A DNA stretch of 62,217 nucleotides, counting the filler, from Porpidia crustulata (taxonomy: Eukaryota), in the NCBI GenBank assembly GCA_964255105.1. It is 8 parts of 8 records of this genome, joined end to end, with 100 filler letters (N's around TTAATTAATTAA, not from the genome) between each part and the next. Parts side by side here need not be neighbours in the genome. Positions count along the whole stretch, not along the records: positions 1 to 7,698 come from CAXUWE010001255.1; positions 7,799 to 15,495 come from CAXUWE010001256.1; 6 more parts are not named here. One strand, 5' to 3'. Below are positions 1 to 12,254 of the stretch, in pieces (position 1 is the first letter of the stretch; every line of letters begins with the position of its first letter). A program made the translations under genes and the position numbers. The notes under the pieces are model-generated. The model ran no database searches and was not told where the DNA came from. It was given only the letters and a program-made list of their open reading frames with translations.

Positions 1-347
1 GGTACAGGATCAGGAGGACGAGGCAATCTTTGCCGCCGTTGTAGGAGAGGGAGAGAGACGGGAGGCTGTGGAATGGATGTCAGCCTGAGTTCTCTCTGGG
101 TGAGGCTAAGGTTGACGTACCTGTACGTATTTATGGCTTCTTGAATCACGGCCAAGGAATGTCTCGTCTGCGCTTGCACGTTCCTCAATCTTTCCGTCTG
201 GACGTCTTCCTGAAGAAAAGCCTCGACCTGGTCGTGCAGCTCTGTACAGAGTGCACGCAGGGAGGAAGGGTCGCCATTGAGGGCGGCTTGGGGAAGTGGT
301 AGCGGAGCGTCGGTGGCGGCGGGGGGTTCGGATGCAGTCTCTGGCAT
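1..347 (-). CDS. FAD1: FAD synthetase (FMN adenylyltransferase, PAPS-reductase fold), 5' part; continues beyond the window start
   Basis: Not in the ORF track. Manual translation from the ATG at 347 gives MPETASEPP...LRNVQAQTRHSLAVIQEAINTY. After a GT-AG intron at 66..120 it continues SLPSLSLSYNGGKDCLVLLILY. SYNGGKDC is the Fad1 PP-loop motif. Confidence 0.88.
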   Translation of the reverse strand, partial: MPETASEPPAATDAPLPLPQAALNGDPSSLRALCTELHDQVEAFLQEDVQTERLRNVQAQTRHSLAVIQEAINTYRYVNLSLTQRELRLTSIPQPPVSLPLLQRRQRLPRPPDPV

Positions 348-576
348 TTCGAGACTGCGGCTTAAGAGAGATCCATTCGATGAGTGCGGAGATTCATTTG
401 CAATTAGGTGCACTCTAGTCCTGCGTTACACTGCGTGAATTCTAGCTTATCTTGAGTGACATTGATAGGTACTAGTACATACGAGCACGAGGAAGTACAG
501 GTGGCAGCGGGCTTGTTCCGCTTATCGTGTATTAGTATCGTCAGTACGTGAGGCCACTTCCTTATTGTTTATATCC

Positions 577-1742
577 CTAGCCGCGGTTTATCGTATTTCC
601 ACTTCCTTTTGGATTAGATTCTGTAAATTCATCCCATTCCCTGGCCTTCATGGTCTCCACATCAGCCTTCTCATAGTTGTCCTCTTCCGGTTCAGCTAAT
701 ATGCCACTTTGTTCTCCTCCGCCTTCAACCATTCCTCCCCTCCGCTTCTCCTCTTCTAAATACTCATCGATGGTCATGGTGGGCAGTCTGTGGTCTGGCC
801 GAAACACACCGTCCCGAAGGCGCTGTCTACTGTCTAGAAGTGTAAATGGCTTCAAGGGTTTTCCATCCTTAGATAGTATTGGGCCAGCCTTTCCCCGATT
901 CCAGAGCTGGGACAAGGGAGGATCCACGCGCTCCGAATAGTTGTTTTGGCCGTAGTCATGGCGCTTTCGATCATCTTCAGGCCCTGTCGCGGCGTGTTGT
1001 GTTGGAGGTATGAGCTCTAAGATTTTGAGCTCCTGCGCAATCATGTCGAGAGCGTGGAAAGTATGGTGGGCATGTAGTTGTACCTCAGCCAGGGCGATTT
1101 CACGGAGAGCCGCGTCGTCGTCCTGCAATGCTTTCGGAACTTTTGCAAGATACTGTAAATACTGTCAGTCTGATATTAGTAGTCAGGCTTGAATCTGTGC
1201 CTCAAGCTTAAGCTCCAATTCCTTCTCCTGCTTGAACCTAGCTATCTTCTTATCTCTGCGCGCAGCAGTATCGCTCGTAGAAATCAACGAGAATTCATCC
1301 CGATCTTCGCGATATCTCTCGAGCAGCATCTGATCGGATTTGGAGAGCAAGCGATAGGTGTCCAAAAGAGCTAAGAAGCTCTCATACGTCCCTTGCGCTG
1401 CCTGTAAAACTGCTCTACGATTACACATATTCTTTTGTAAATATATCTGTGCTAAATAGTAATTGATTGACAGATATCTGGGTGGCTGTCAGCCTTGCGA
1501 TTGTTAAACTAGACAATTTGTGGCGAGTACTGAAGGTCTCCCGTAGGTATGTCATCCTCTGTCTCATTATCACTGAACAGTGATATACGATCCGCGATTC
1601 TACGACATTCCTCGAGCGTTGCAATCGCGGCTCGAAGATTTTCTTGGTAAGAAGCGCTGTATGGGTCATTGATGGCCTCCAACTTCTTTTGCTGGACTTT
1701 CGAAGTAGCAAAGAGCGTACGAATATTCGATTGTGCATCCAT
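577..1742 (-). CDS. TAP42: PP2A-associated protein Tap42/alpha4 (IGBP1), 3 exons
   Basis: Contains SLFSDNETEDDI, RRDKKIARFKQEKEL, LPTMTIDEYLEEE and the C-terminal KAREWDEFTESNPKGSGNTINRG, all typical of Tap42. The second intron (1153..1200) appears to be GC-AG. Confidence 0.93.
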
Positions 1743-2251
1743 GATGCCCGGAATGCAGCCACTGACTGTAGCAAAACACCATGTGGGCTTGAAGAAAGAC
1801 GTGCTGATGTGTCAAAGTTGAGGTGTATTATATTTAGGGCAGTGTTGAATCTATCTATCCCTCCGAGCCTCCTTCTCAACCTCGGTCAACAATGGTATCT
1901 AGAGACTTAGACGAACGCCTTCCACCTAACAATGGCCAATGTAAACATTCCGAGCAAGCTATCCACTGTCTACAACTAGTCATTGGGAAGATCGCTCTCC
2001 TTTGCCTTAAGATTTTACGCGCCAGATGGTCACTTCATCGTAGTCTGTGAAGATGAACAACATCCCTGATGTTGTTCATCTTCACTTCTTAGGTCGTTTC
2101 ACTTATTGTTCTTTATGTTATCGTTGTCATTCTCTGTCCAACTAAGTGCTTGCTTGTTCGCTACGGCAAAGTCGCAACCCCTGCTTGAACCATCAGTAGT
2201 GTTTGAACTGTCTGTGCAGTGGATACATGATCCTTCCAGGATTAGATTATC

Positions 2252-5200
2252 ATGGCAAACACCCTCATGGATGCTGCTATTCAAGGCTCTGTGGAGATGG
2301 ATCTAGCCGAGGATACCATGTCGTTGAGCAGGCTTCGAGGGATTCACGCTGTGACAAAGCCTGATAAGTTACCAGAACATAGTCTTGATGTTGCCAACGT
2401 TAAGGATAGACTTGGCAACTTTAGTCAAGCAGAAGATGTTAAGCAAATGAAGGATGGAGTTGAGCATGTTCCTAGTGACCGAGAGTCTGATTCCGAGGAA
2501 GATGATACAAAGAAGCCACCTAAGGTGGGCGAACGACGGAAAGCTCAGAATTTAGTGTTCTCGTCCTGGTAAGTCGATCTTGAATCATACGAGCCGCTTA
2601 ATTCTGTTCTAATGATGCTACATAGGTTATCTGAACGAACAGCAAAGATTACAATGGAAGAGATTAGGGAAGCCGTGGAGACTGCCAAAGATGAAACCCT
2701 ATCTACTAGAAAGCTGATGTCGAAGCAAGAGTCTAATGTCATTATTACTGATCCTAGAGAGTACCAGATCGAACTTTTCGAGAAGGCAAAACAGCAGAAC
2801 ATAATAGCTGTTCTCGACACTGGTTTGACCCCTGATTTTCTAACAAAATAGGCAAAGCTAAAGTCAAGTAGGTTCTGGTAAGACATTGATTGCCGTTCTC
2901 TTGCTAAGGCATATGATCGATCAAGAGATTGAACGTCGATCTATGGGAATGCCAGCTCAGATCTCCTTCTTCCTTGTAAGCAATAACATCTTTTTTTGCC
3001 TTGCTTTCAGATTTCTCCCTTACCCTATTATAGGTCGACTGTGTTACTTTGGTATTTCAGCAATTTGCTGTGCTCGAGTGCAATCTGGATCAACGAATCG
3101 AACGGTTTTGTGGTGAGATGGGCTGCGACCTATGGGACAAAAAGACTTGGGAGAGGCACATCAAAGACAACATGGTCATCGTTTGTACTGCAGAGATTCT
3201 ACAACAATGTCTAATGCATTCGTTCATCAAGATTGGTCAAATTAATCTTCTAATCTTCGACGAAGCGCACCATGCGAAAAAGAATCATGCATATGCTAGG
3301 TATGTTCGATTGCTCTTGTGTCTTGGGGTTTAGATTTAATGATCACAGAATCATTAAAGATTTCTACATCCCTGAAGAAGACCCATTGAAAAGACCCAAA
3401 GTCTTCGGAATGACAGCATCTCCCGTGGATGCAAGAGAAGATGTTGTGAAAGCCGCTCAGTAAGTGCTCCATACCTTACACAAGCCACTTCAATTATAAA
3501 CTCAACATCTCTCCAGACAACTAGAAGCAATGCTCGACTGTCATATAGCAACTACGTCGGACCTCTCCCTTGTACGCATGTCAATCAGCCGACCAGCTGA
3601 GGACGTTGCAGTATACAAGCCTCTAATCCGTGCATATATGACACCACTAGCCTGTGAGCTGAAGAAGATATTGGGTGACATGGAGGCTATGAAGAAAATC
3701 TTCAGTTTTACCCGTGACGCTACCTCGCAACTTGGTGAGTGGTGTGCCGACCAAACTTGGAGATTCGCTTTTGCAGAGGAAGAAGTTCGTAAAATCGAAC
3801 GGATTGTCGAACGACCATTTCTCGCGGCAAAAGGGACTGGATTCGCCGGGCTGCTTGATGATGAGCTGAAACGCTTGCGTAAAGCCCAGGAAATTGTAAG
3901 CGGATGGGAATTCTGCCAGCCTTTGTCCAAGGGGAAGAGTCTGAGTCCAAAGGTTCAACTCCTGAAACGCTACCTCCATCTCGTCTTTGAGAAGCCATCG
4001 GAAACCAAATGTATTATCTTTGTAAAACGCCGCTACGCAGCCAGACTTCTGGAACAGGCTTTCAAGGTACTTGAGACGCCTCATATGCGAACAGGGTTAC
4101 TCATTGGTACTCGCTACGGCGATCCTGGTGATCTAAAGATCAGCTTCAGGCAGCAAGTCCTCACACTTATGAAATTTAAAAAGGGAGAGATAAATTGTCT
4201 AGTACGTCCTTTATATTAAGTGCACGAAGTGCAACTAGCCACTGAAATCAGGTAGTTTGCGACTTCTATAGCTGAGGAAGGTTTAGATATTCCAGACTGT
4301 AATGTAGTGATCAGGTCAGTCTATCAATAATGACTAAATCTTGCCGCTTACTAATAAACTCAGATTCGATCTCTATGATACACTGATTCAATACATCCAA
4401 AGCAGAGGACGTGCACGGCATACAAACTCAAAGGTAGGAATTCTTGTTATTTGCAAGACCACAAGAGTTGATAGATATAGTATATCCACATGGTGGAGCA
4501 AGGCAATAAATTACACCTTCAAGCAATCCAGGATGTTAGGTCTGGCGAGGTCAAAGTTTATAAGTACCTACTGATCCAGCCAATGCTAAAAATTATTAGG
4601 AGGTTATGCGGAAATTCTGTGAAGCTCTTCCATCGGATCGCTTACTGCAAGGCAACGACTGCAACCTAGACACAGCTCTTGCCAAGGAACGCACCATGAG
4701 GAAATACATCGAACCAAATACTGGGGCTACCTTGACCTATGCCTCTAGCTTAGTTGTGCTTTCTCATTTTCTTGGTTGCTTGGTAAGGCCCCATCTCCCT
4801 ATGGCGATTGAAATTGATGATTGTAGTCCAGTCATAGTGAGGCGGCTCAGCCGGCGACTTTTGTCATGTCTGTGGAGCATAAGCAATTCGTGTGTGAAGT
4901 TGTACTCCCCGAAAGATCACCTATCCACTCCGCAGTCGGAACGCCGTCCTCAAGAAAATCTATTGCAAAACGATCAGCTGCTTTCGAAGCATGCCTCTTG
5001 CTCCGGAAGTCTGGGTATCTGGATGATCACCTTATACCAACGTTGCATAAACGCCTACCACGTATGCGTAACGCCCAATTAGCTCTAAACATGAACAAGA
5101 AGAGCGATACTTATAACATGAGATTGAAGCCAAAGCTGTGGGAGGAACATCGCGGTTCTCGGCCGGACGTATTGTACGTGACTGTCCTTGATCTAGAAAA

Positions 5201-7698
5201 GCCTGAGAATCTCGGCAGACCATGCCAGCCTATCGCAATACTGACACGAACTCGGCTGCCTCATTTTCCTCCTTTTTGCCTCCATCTGCAAGTTGGAAAA
5301 GTCTCAGACCTTTTATGCAAGTCATTCGAAAGGAGTTTCAGCATCACAGATCTGAAACTAGCTGCACTCACGGAATTCACGCTTCGGATATACTTAGACA
5401 TCTTTAATAAGAAGTTCGAGGAGAATGAGGCCCAGATGTCTTACTGGTTTGCTCCTATACTCAAGGATCTCCCCATGGAGATTGAAATGGAGTCACCTGC
5501 GCGTATCATTGACTGGTCTCTGATTGAGCTTGTAAGTCTTAATAATGAGATAAAATGGACACTAGACGATCCGTACAGTAAGCTACATGACCGCTTCCTC
5601 GTAGACCAATATGATGGAGAGAGACGCTTCTATTCTGAAAAAGTGATTCCTGGTATGGGACCTCTTGATAAAGTGCCTGAAGATGCTGCTGTATGGACCG
5701 ATGGTAAGGATAGAAGAAAGGGGGCTCAGGACATTTGGGACTACTCGGTACGACTTTATGCGAAACAAAAAATCTTCGCGCGAAATAAATCGGACTGGAT
5801 GACAGATCAACCAGTCGTCTTAGCGCACAGAATTCCTCTCCGTCGTAATTGGCTGGACGCTTGGGCCGAAGATGAGAGAAGAGTAGAAACCAAGAGCTAT
5901 CTACTGCCCGGGCCTCTTTTGATCTCTGTGGTGAGTGAGGAGAGTAGTAAGATATAATATGGAAGACTGACAAGGTAATAGCTACCTACTACGGTGGTGG
6001 CCTTGAGTTATTTACTACCATCTATTATCTCTAGAATAGAGTCTTATCTCATCGCTCTGGATGCTTGTGAATTATTAGGCCTTGACACCAAACATGGTAT
6101 AAATCCTGCTCTTGCCCTTGAGGCCATTACAAAAGACTCCGATAACACGCATGAGCACGCAGCAGGGAAGATTAATCAAAAAAGAGGAATGGGGCCCAAC
6201 TACGAGCGGCTTGAATTCATCGGCGACTGCTTCTTGAAGATGGCTACCTCAATCTCTATATTCGCTAAATATCCCGATGATAACGAATTCGATTATCATG
6301 TGAATAGGATGGTAATGATTTGCAATCAGAACCTGTTAAAGCATGCTCGTGATAAGCATCTTCAGGAGTTCATTCGCACCACTGCAAGTGGCATTAGGTA
6401 ATTTCCGGGTCCATAACGTTGTGGGTTAATGATTAATAAAGTCAGACGTACTTGGTATCCCCAGGGGCTGAAAATGCTCTCGGGCAAGGGTCATAAGCTG
6501 GCTGAACAGAAACTAAGGAAACACCACTTAGGAGAGAAAACTATTGCGGATGTGTGCGAAGCTATTATAGGAGCTGCACTATTGTCCTACAAGGATACCG
6601 ACGATAGAGATATGGCAGTCAGGGCCGTGACTGCATTGGTATGCAGTGAAGACCATACCATGGTTAATTGGGCGGCCTATTATGAATCGTATAAGAAGCC
6701 CGAGTATCAAGTGCAAACGCCAAGAACAACACAGCTTGAGCTTGCAAGAATCATCGAACAAAAGGACAATTATCATTTCAAGCACCCTAGACTACTCTAC
6801 TCGGCATTCTTGCACCCATCCTATCCGGCAACCTTTTCCGATAGGATACCATGTTACCAGAGGTTGGAATTTCTCGGGGATTCGCTACTTGACATGGCCT
6901 CTATCAATTTTCTGTTCCACCGTCACCCCGACAGAGATCCCCAGTGGCTGACGGAGCACAAGGTATAATAATCTATTTGTGTATGCCCAATGTGCAAGAC
7001 CACTAATACTCTCCAGATGGCGATGGTGTCCAATAAGTTCCTCTCCGCTCTCTGCGTGAAGCTCGGATTCCACAAGCACCTTCGTTCCCACAGTACAGCG
7101 GTCCTCAATGCAAATACCGAATATGTCACCGAGCTCGCAGAATCCGAGTACAATTCCAAAGGCTCTCGCGACTACTGGACTGCAGCGAAAAGCCCGCCAA
7201 AGGTAAGCCCCTCAAATCTCACGACAGAAACGTTTGCGCTGCTGAAAATTTCTCCCAAGGCCCTCTCGGACATTGTCGAATCCTACATCGGCGCCATCTT
7301 TGTCGACTCGGAATTCGACTTCGCACAGGTCGAACGCTTCTTTATGGACCACATCCGCTGGTTCTTCGAGGATATGTCTATCTACGACACCTTCGCCAAC
7401 AACCACCCCGTCACCCATTTGACCGCCCTCCTCACCAACTCGTATGCCTGCGCCAACTTTCGCATCCTCGCCCACGAGATCCCTGATCTCGACGGCTCCA
7501 CACTTGAGGTTGTTGCCGCCGTCCTCGTCCATACAACTGTCGTCGCCAGTGGATCCGCATCCTCGGGCAAGAACGCAAAGGTTTACGCTGCCAAGAAAGC
7601 GTTGGAGGTTATAAAAGGGAAGGCGCCGTATGAATTTCGAAAGGAGTATGGATGTGATTGCGAGATGGGGAGGAAGGAAATGGATGGGGAGGAGGGGA
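2252..7698 (+). CDS. DCL1: Dicer-like protein 1 (DExD/H helicase, Dicer dimerisation domain, PAZ-like region, two RNase III domains, dsRBD); multi-exon, last codons lost at the contig end
   Basis: Helicase motifs [10 protein letters not shown]...[32 protein letters not shown] and YIQSRGRAR. RNase III signatures [14 protein letters not shown] and [15 protein letters not shown]-terminal dsRBD ending in ...YGCDC. The exact start codon is uncertain. Confidence 0.95.
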
Positions 7699-7798
7699 NN
7701 NNNNNNNNNNNNNNNNNNNNNNNNNNNNNNNNNNNNNNNNNNTTAATTAATTAANNNNNNNNNNNNNNNNNNNNNNNNNNNNNNNNNNNNNNNNNNNN
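7699..7798. other. Artificial contig-joining spacer (44 N + TTAATTAATTAA + 44 N)
   Basis: The same 100-nt cassette occurs seven times; its core carries stop codons in all six frames. Confidence 0.98.
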
Positions 7799-8289
7799 GG
7801 TGTCAGGGGATTGAGACGTACGATCTTGATGGTACCGTCCCAGGAGCTAGAGCAGAAAGTGTCCTTAGCTATGAGGTTCCAGTGCACAGCGAACACTTCT
7901 CGCTTGTGCTCCTGCCATGACTGCACGGGAAACTCGTCTAGGGCGATGTCGAAGAGCTTGATAGAGCCATCGCCCGTGGCGACCACGACTTGGTTTTCAT
8001 GGGCTTCGGACCAAGCGAGATCGTAGAGAGAGTCTTGCGTATCAAACCTTAGCAACGATCGTGAGCGTTATGGGCTTTGGGGCGGGGAAACGGCAGAGAG
8101 ATTTCGGGGGCACGTGCAAACTCACCATTTCTCAGCAACGATACCTTTGGGCGTCAGGCCAAGGATATAGAGACGACCGTTGCCAACAAGACCGAAGTTG
8201 GCAGAAGAAGCGACGGCGATGCGAGAGTCGAAAAAGGGAGAGTACTTCACAGCGTAGCCATTGAAGCCTTGGGTGCGGAACTCAAGCAT
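7799..8289 (-). CDS. PEX7: Peroxisomal PTS2 receptor Pex7 (WD40), 5' part truncated by the contig end
   Basis: Exon 1 from the ATG at 8289 reads MLEFRTQGFNGYAVKYSPFFDSRIAVASSANFGLVGNGRLYIL. Exon 2 reads FDTQDSLYDLAWSEAHENQ...SSSWDGTIKI. Confidence 0.95.
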
Positions 8290-8588
8290 TGCGATCGTTT
8301 GAGCGTCATTGGGAGGGCGTGTAAGGTTGCATCTTCCGAGCTTTGGTCGGGGGAATGATGCTCATATAAAACAAGTCTCAATCACTATTGAAGGTGTAGA
8401 CATGACGGCGTGAAATCGAGATACAAATCGTGCCTCGGCCAAACGGTGATAGCCTATCCATGCAAGCTTTCTTTATCGTCCAAATATGAAATATCTATCT
8501 ACCATTCCTTATGCGTAGATTGACATCTATCTTATGTCTGATTTGAAGAGCCTCGAAGGGCACACATGTAAGGGCCTTTACCAATAGG

Positions 8589-10062
8589 ATGGAGGCCTAT
8601 TTATCGCGCAAGCGACGAAAGCTTTCACCATCACGCCACGGCACCTCGAGAACCCGTGTTCCTCAGGGCCACAATGCAGAAGAACAGGACATTGAACAAT
8701 CTACAGACTTCAAGCTTGCCACTCTAGCTTCGCTGTATCCCTCGGTGGATCAAGACTATCTACTTGACATTCTCATTGCATCAAATGGCTCTGTAGAGTC
8801 TGTTTGCCAGGCTCTTGTCTCTTCAGACATACCAGAATCACCGCGAAAGAAGTCTATAGCTAACATAGGTTATCAGACTTCACTTTCAATGTTCCAAACA
8901 CATAGTGAACTTCAATCGGATTTCAAGTCCGGGACAGGCAAGGCGCTGACACGAAAGGGTCAGACGCTTCATCTCTATACTCCAGAGGATATTGCAGCCC
9001 ACACTCCATGCTCAATCATTCACAATTTTCTCCCTCAGAATGAAGCCGAAGTGCTGTTGAAAGAGCTGCTTGAAGAAGCATCCACTTTTGAGAGACAAAC
9101 GTTCAAATTGTTTGATAAAAACGTTGAAAGCCCACATTCAGCGTGTTTCTATGTGGATAGCCTTGAAGAGCAGCAAAGACAGAAGGAGTACTTATACAAC
9201 GGCAGTCACCTAAGTGTATGAATAATTAGAATACCTGAAAATTTACCGGCGCATGTACAGCTCCGTTAACATTTGTTGTACCTTTAGGATATTCGCCAAA
9301 TCACGCACAACATGCGAAAAGTATCCCATAAGGTACGAACTGCTGTCAATGCAGAAGTTGCTGACCGGATTAAAAACCATTACCCGGATGGCAAGAAACT
9401 GAGGTATCAATCTCCAGACGAGTGGATACCTAATGCGGCCTTTGTGAATTGTTATAAAGGAGGCGGCGAAAACGTAGGCTATCACTCGGATCAGCTTACC
9501 TACCTTGGTCCAAGGGCAGTTATAGGTAGTTTGAGTCTTGGAGTTGCAAGAGAGTTCCGAGTACGCAGAATCGTAGCTAGGGACGAAAATCTTAACAAAG
9601 GCGGCAAGCCAAAACACCAAGACAATGTACGAGCTGATGCTGAAGGGCAGATCGCGATACATCTACCAAATAATTCGCTTCTGGTGATGCACGCAGAAAT
9701 GCAAGAAAAGTGGAAGCACAGCTTGAATAAAGCATCGGTCATAGATCCGCATCCAATCGCAGGTAATAGACGTATCAATGTTACCTATCGCCACTACCGC
9801 GAAAGCTTTCATCCTAGATACACGCCACGATGCAGATGTAATGTGGCGACTGTTCTACGGTGCGTACAGAGAAAAAAGGAGAATCGAGGACGCTATATGT
9901 GGATGTGTCAAGCTGGGAATACTCCTAGCAAAGAAGGGTAAGCTTAGTCTCATAATCTGACGGACGGTCCAACTTACCAGATCGTGCAGCTGTACATTCT
10001 TCCAATGGGCCGAATTTGACGATGACGGAGAACCCCCCTGGATTAAGAAGCCACCGGTATGA
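8589..10062 (+). CDS. AlkB-family 2OG-Fe(II) dioxygenase with N-terminal CUE-like domain and C-terminal GRF zinc finger, 3 exons
   Basis: HxD (VGYHSDQLTYLG), distal His (KWKHSL) and RINVTYR motifs. GRF finger CRC...NRGRYMWMC...CTFFQW; the last exon ends at TGA 10060-10062. CUE-like segment LASLYPSVDQDYLLDILIASNGSVE. Confidence 0.88.
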
Positions 10063-10124
10063 TAATTCGACGTGTCCGCAGTTGCAATCTCTCGACGCAA
10101 GCAGACTTGAAGATCGATCAAGAT

Positions 10125-11483
10125 TCAATTCCACCAGAAGCTGACACTGAAGCTGACGGTCAGGCTACGCACATAATGCCACCATCCAGCAGGAATATAG
10201 AGGCTTTCTCCTTCGCTAAGGATTGTCTCGAGATATAGGGCCTCGAAGAAGCGTGGGAATTTTTCCTTCAGCTCATCTGGTGGCCCTTCGACGCTCACCC
10301 GGCTAGTGTTGCTCATATTCACGCCGCCGATTTCGATTCCTCGTGGGTACAGCTTCCTTGAGTCTTCAGGACTGTACAGCCTGATGTATTTTTTCCCGAC
10401 AACCTGGCATAGGATGTTGTGGTAAGGGTCATTATGAAGCGGCGATACTGTACCCGCGGGTCCAAACCACGCATTCAATAGCGGCTGCTCTAATATTGGC
10501 TCTTGCGGTCCTGGACGTAGTCGCGATGGAACTGTGTAGCAGTAGATCGGAACAGCAGTGTCATTTCGCAGTGCTGGAATTTGCGAGAAAAGATCATGCT
10601 GCGCCAGATAGCCAATCTTATTACTACCTTCATCCTCGCCTTCGTCCCCGCCTTCGTCCCCGCCTTCGTCTTCAACTTTAATCTTACCTTTAATCTTTTC
10701 ACCTAAGAGATATTTCTGCATGAATTCCTTGAACGTAACGATTGATTGGCCCCATCCATCATCGGTGTAGCTTTTACCCAGTTCCACCGGGATCAATCTC
10801 CTTCCCCCAAATGTCCTCTCCATCAGGTAAGCCGGACTACTCCATGGACGTTCATGGAAGGCTGGCCAATACGTGAGAGCGTCCATAAACACGACAGGTG
10901 TTGGTCCCTTCAACAGATTATTGAGGTTAGACTTTTCGAAAACATCCATAGGCTGATTCGATATCCGTTCAATGGGATAACGAACAACAGGAATGGTGTC
11001 ATCTATCCCTAACTTTACAGGGTAAGTATCCTCAAACTTTCGTGGCTTCGTCTGCAGTAGCTGGTGGTTCTCTACATAGTCTTGCAAGGCAGCAATCAAG
11101 GTTTCGATGTCTTTTTGTCTACCTTCGGCGCCAGCCATGATGATGGCCATATCTAGTACTCGAACCACTCGGTCCATCCATTCGTCATCCTCCATGCCCT
11201 TCTCTTCCTTAATGGATTGCTTTGCCGCATTGCTTTTAGGATCTTCCAGATGCTTCCGAATCACATTGACAGCCAGAGTAATACTGGCATCCGTGTAGAG
11301 TCTACGCCAGCAAGCAGGAACCGACTTATAATGATATGTGTGGAGCTTTGTGTGCGCAAGATCTATGAGTGCAGCGGGATCTGTAAAGAGGAGGAAGAGC
11401 ACGGACCGAGGGCATTGCCAGATGGCATCTCTAGCTTCAGGATAGCTGACTTTATGTAGGAGTTTTTTTAGCAGTGCCAACAT
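10125..11483 (-). CDS. JmjC-domain protein, JMJD5/KDM8-like
   Basis: Motifs VPACWRRLYTDAS, RRLIPVELGKSYTDDGW, GYLAQHDLFSQIP, NAWFGPAGTVSPLHNDPYHN, YIPAGWWHYVRSL and SFSVSFWW. The first in-frame ATG is at 11483; the true start is uncertain. Confidence 0.9.
   Translation of the reverse strand: MLALLKKLLHKVSYPEARDAIWQCPRSVLFLLFTDPAALIDLAHTKLHTYHYKSVPACWRRLYTDASITLAVNVIRKHLEDPKSNAAKQSIKEEKGMEDDEWMDRVVRVLDMAIIMAGAEGRQKDIETLIAALQDYVENHQLLQTKPRKFEDTYPVKLGIDDTIPVVRYPIERISNQPMDVFEKSNLNNLLKGPTPVVFMDALTYWPAFHERPWSSPAYLMERTFGGRRLIPVELGKSYTDDGWGQSIVTFKEFMQKYLLGEKIKGKIKVEDEGGDEGGDEGEDEGSNKIGYLAQHDLFSQIPALRNDTAVPIYCYTVPSRLRPGPQEPILEQPLLNAWFGPAGTVSPLHNDPYHNILCQVVGKKYIRLYSPEDSRKLYPRGIEIGGVNMSNTSRVSVEGPPDELKEKFPRFFEALYLETILSEGESLYIPAGWWHYVRSLTVSFSVSFWWN
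10627..10670. repeat. 12-bp coding minisatellite (~3.7 copies of ccttcgtccccg) encoding DEGG repeats in the JmjC protein
   Basis: Sequence reads ccttcatcctcg ccttcgtccccg ccttcgtccccg ccttcgtc; the protein reads EDEGGDEGGDEGEDEG. Confidence 0.85.
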
Positions 11484-12254
11484 GATTTTTATGGATGGAA
11501 AGAGATAGCAAAGGGTGCAAATAATGGTTCGTAGCCAGATATATTGTATAGTGTGGGATTCAGGTAACACCCTGGTGATTGCTCATCTTGACTGAGGCTC
11601 CAAAGCTCTTTCTGACTCAAGAAAGACTCAAATACATCACTAGGGCCACGAGCAACGTTACTCCTTCCTAACATTATCATCAAATACAATGGTCTATCAT
11701 ATAGCGTTTCTTAAGATCGCATATATATTGAACATAGTAGACTATTTTACCATGCTAAATTCGCGTACTAGCCTATTATGCCATGCATTGAACTTATTCG
11801 AGCACTGAAAGAGTTATTCAATTCGAAATACTTCTGTGACTTGCACACATCAATATATAATTGTTACGAAGGTACGGACTCCAAAGCTCGCTGCTACTCT
11901 GAGCACATCTACTTGGCACGTCTTGGGTAAATGAGCCCGGTGCTTGCTTAAATTGAACCCAAGCGGCGCCTGAAGCTGGCTAGCCACGCCCGGCTGATGC
12001 AAATAGCTTCTCGCATTTCAATATTGAATCTGGGGTTAAGACAACGTCATCCATGAGTATAAATTTTGTTTGAAGCAAAGAAGCTTTAATGAAACGTGAA
12101 TCTGGCAAAATTCAAGATACACGCATCTTTGGACATTGTGTGCCAATCTTTCTCACTTCTGATCCAAAGTAATATAATTGACTCGGACACAACGGCTGAA
12201 TGTCATTGGCAGTGATATCAGCAAAGGTGGAGAAGTGGCGACAAAAGATCTCCC

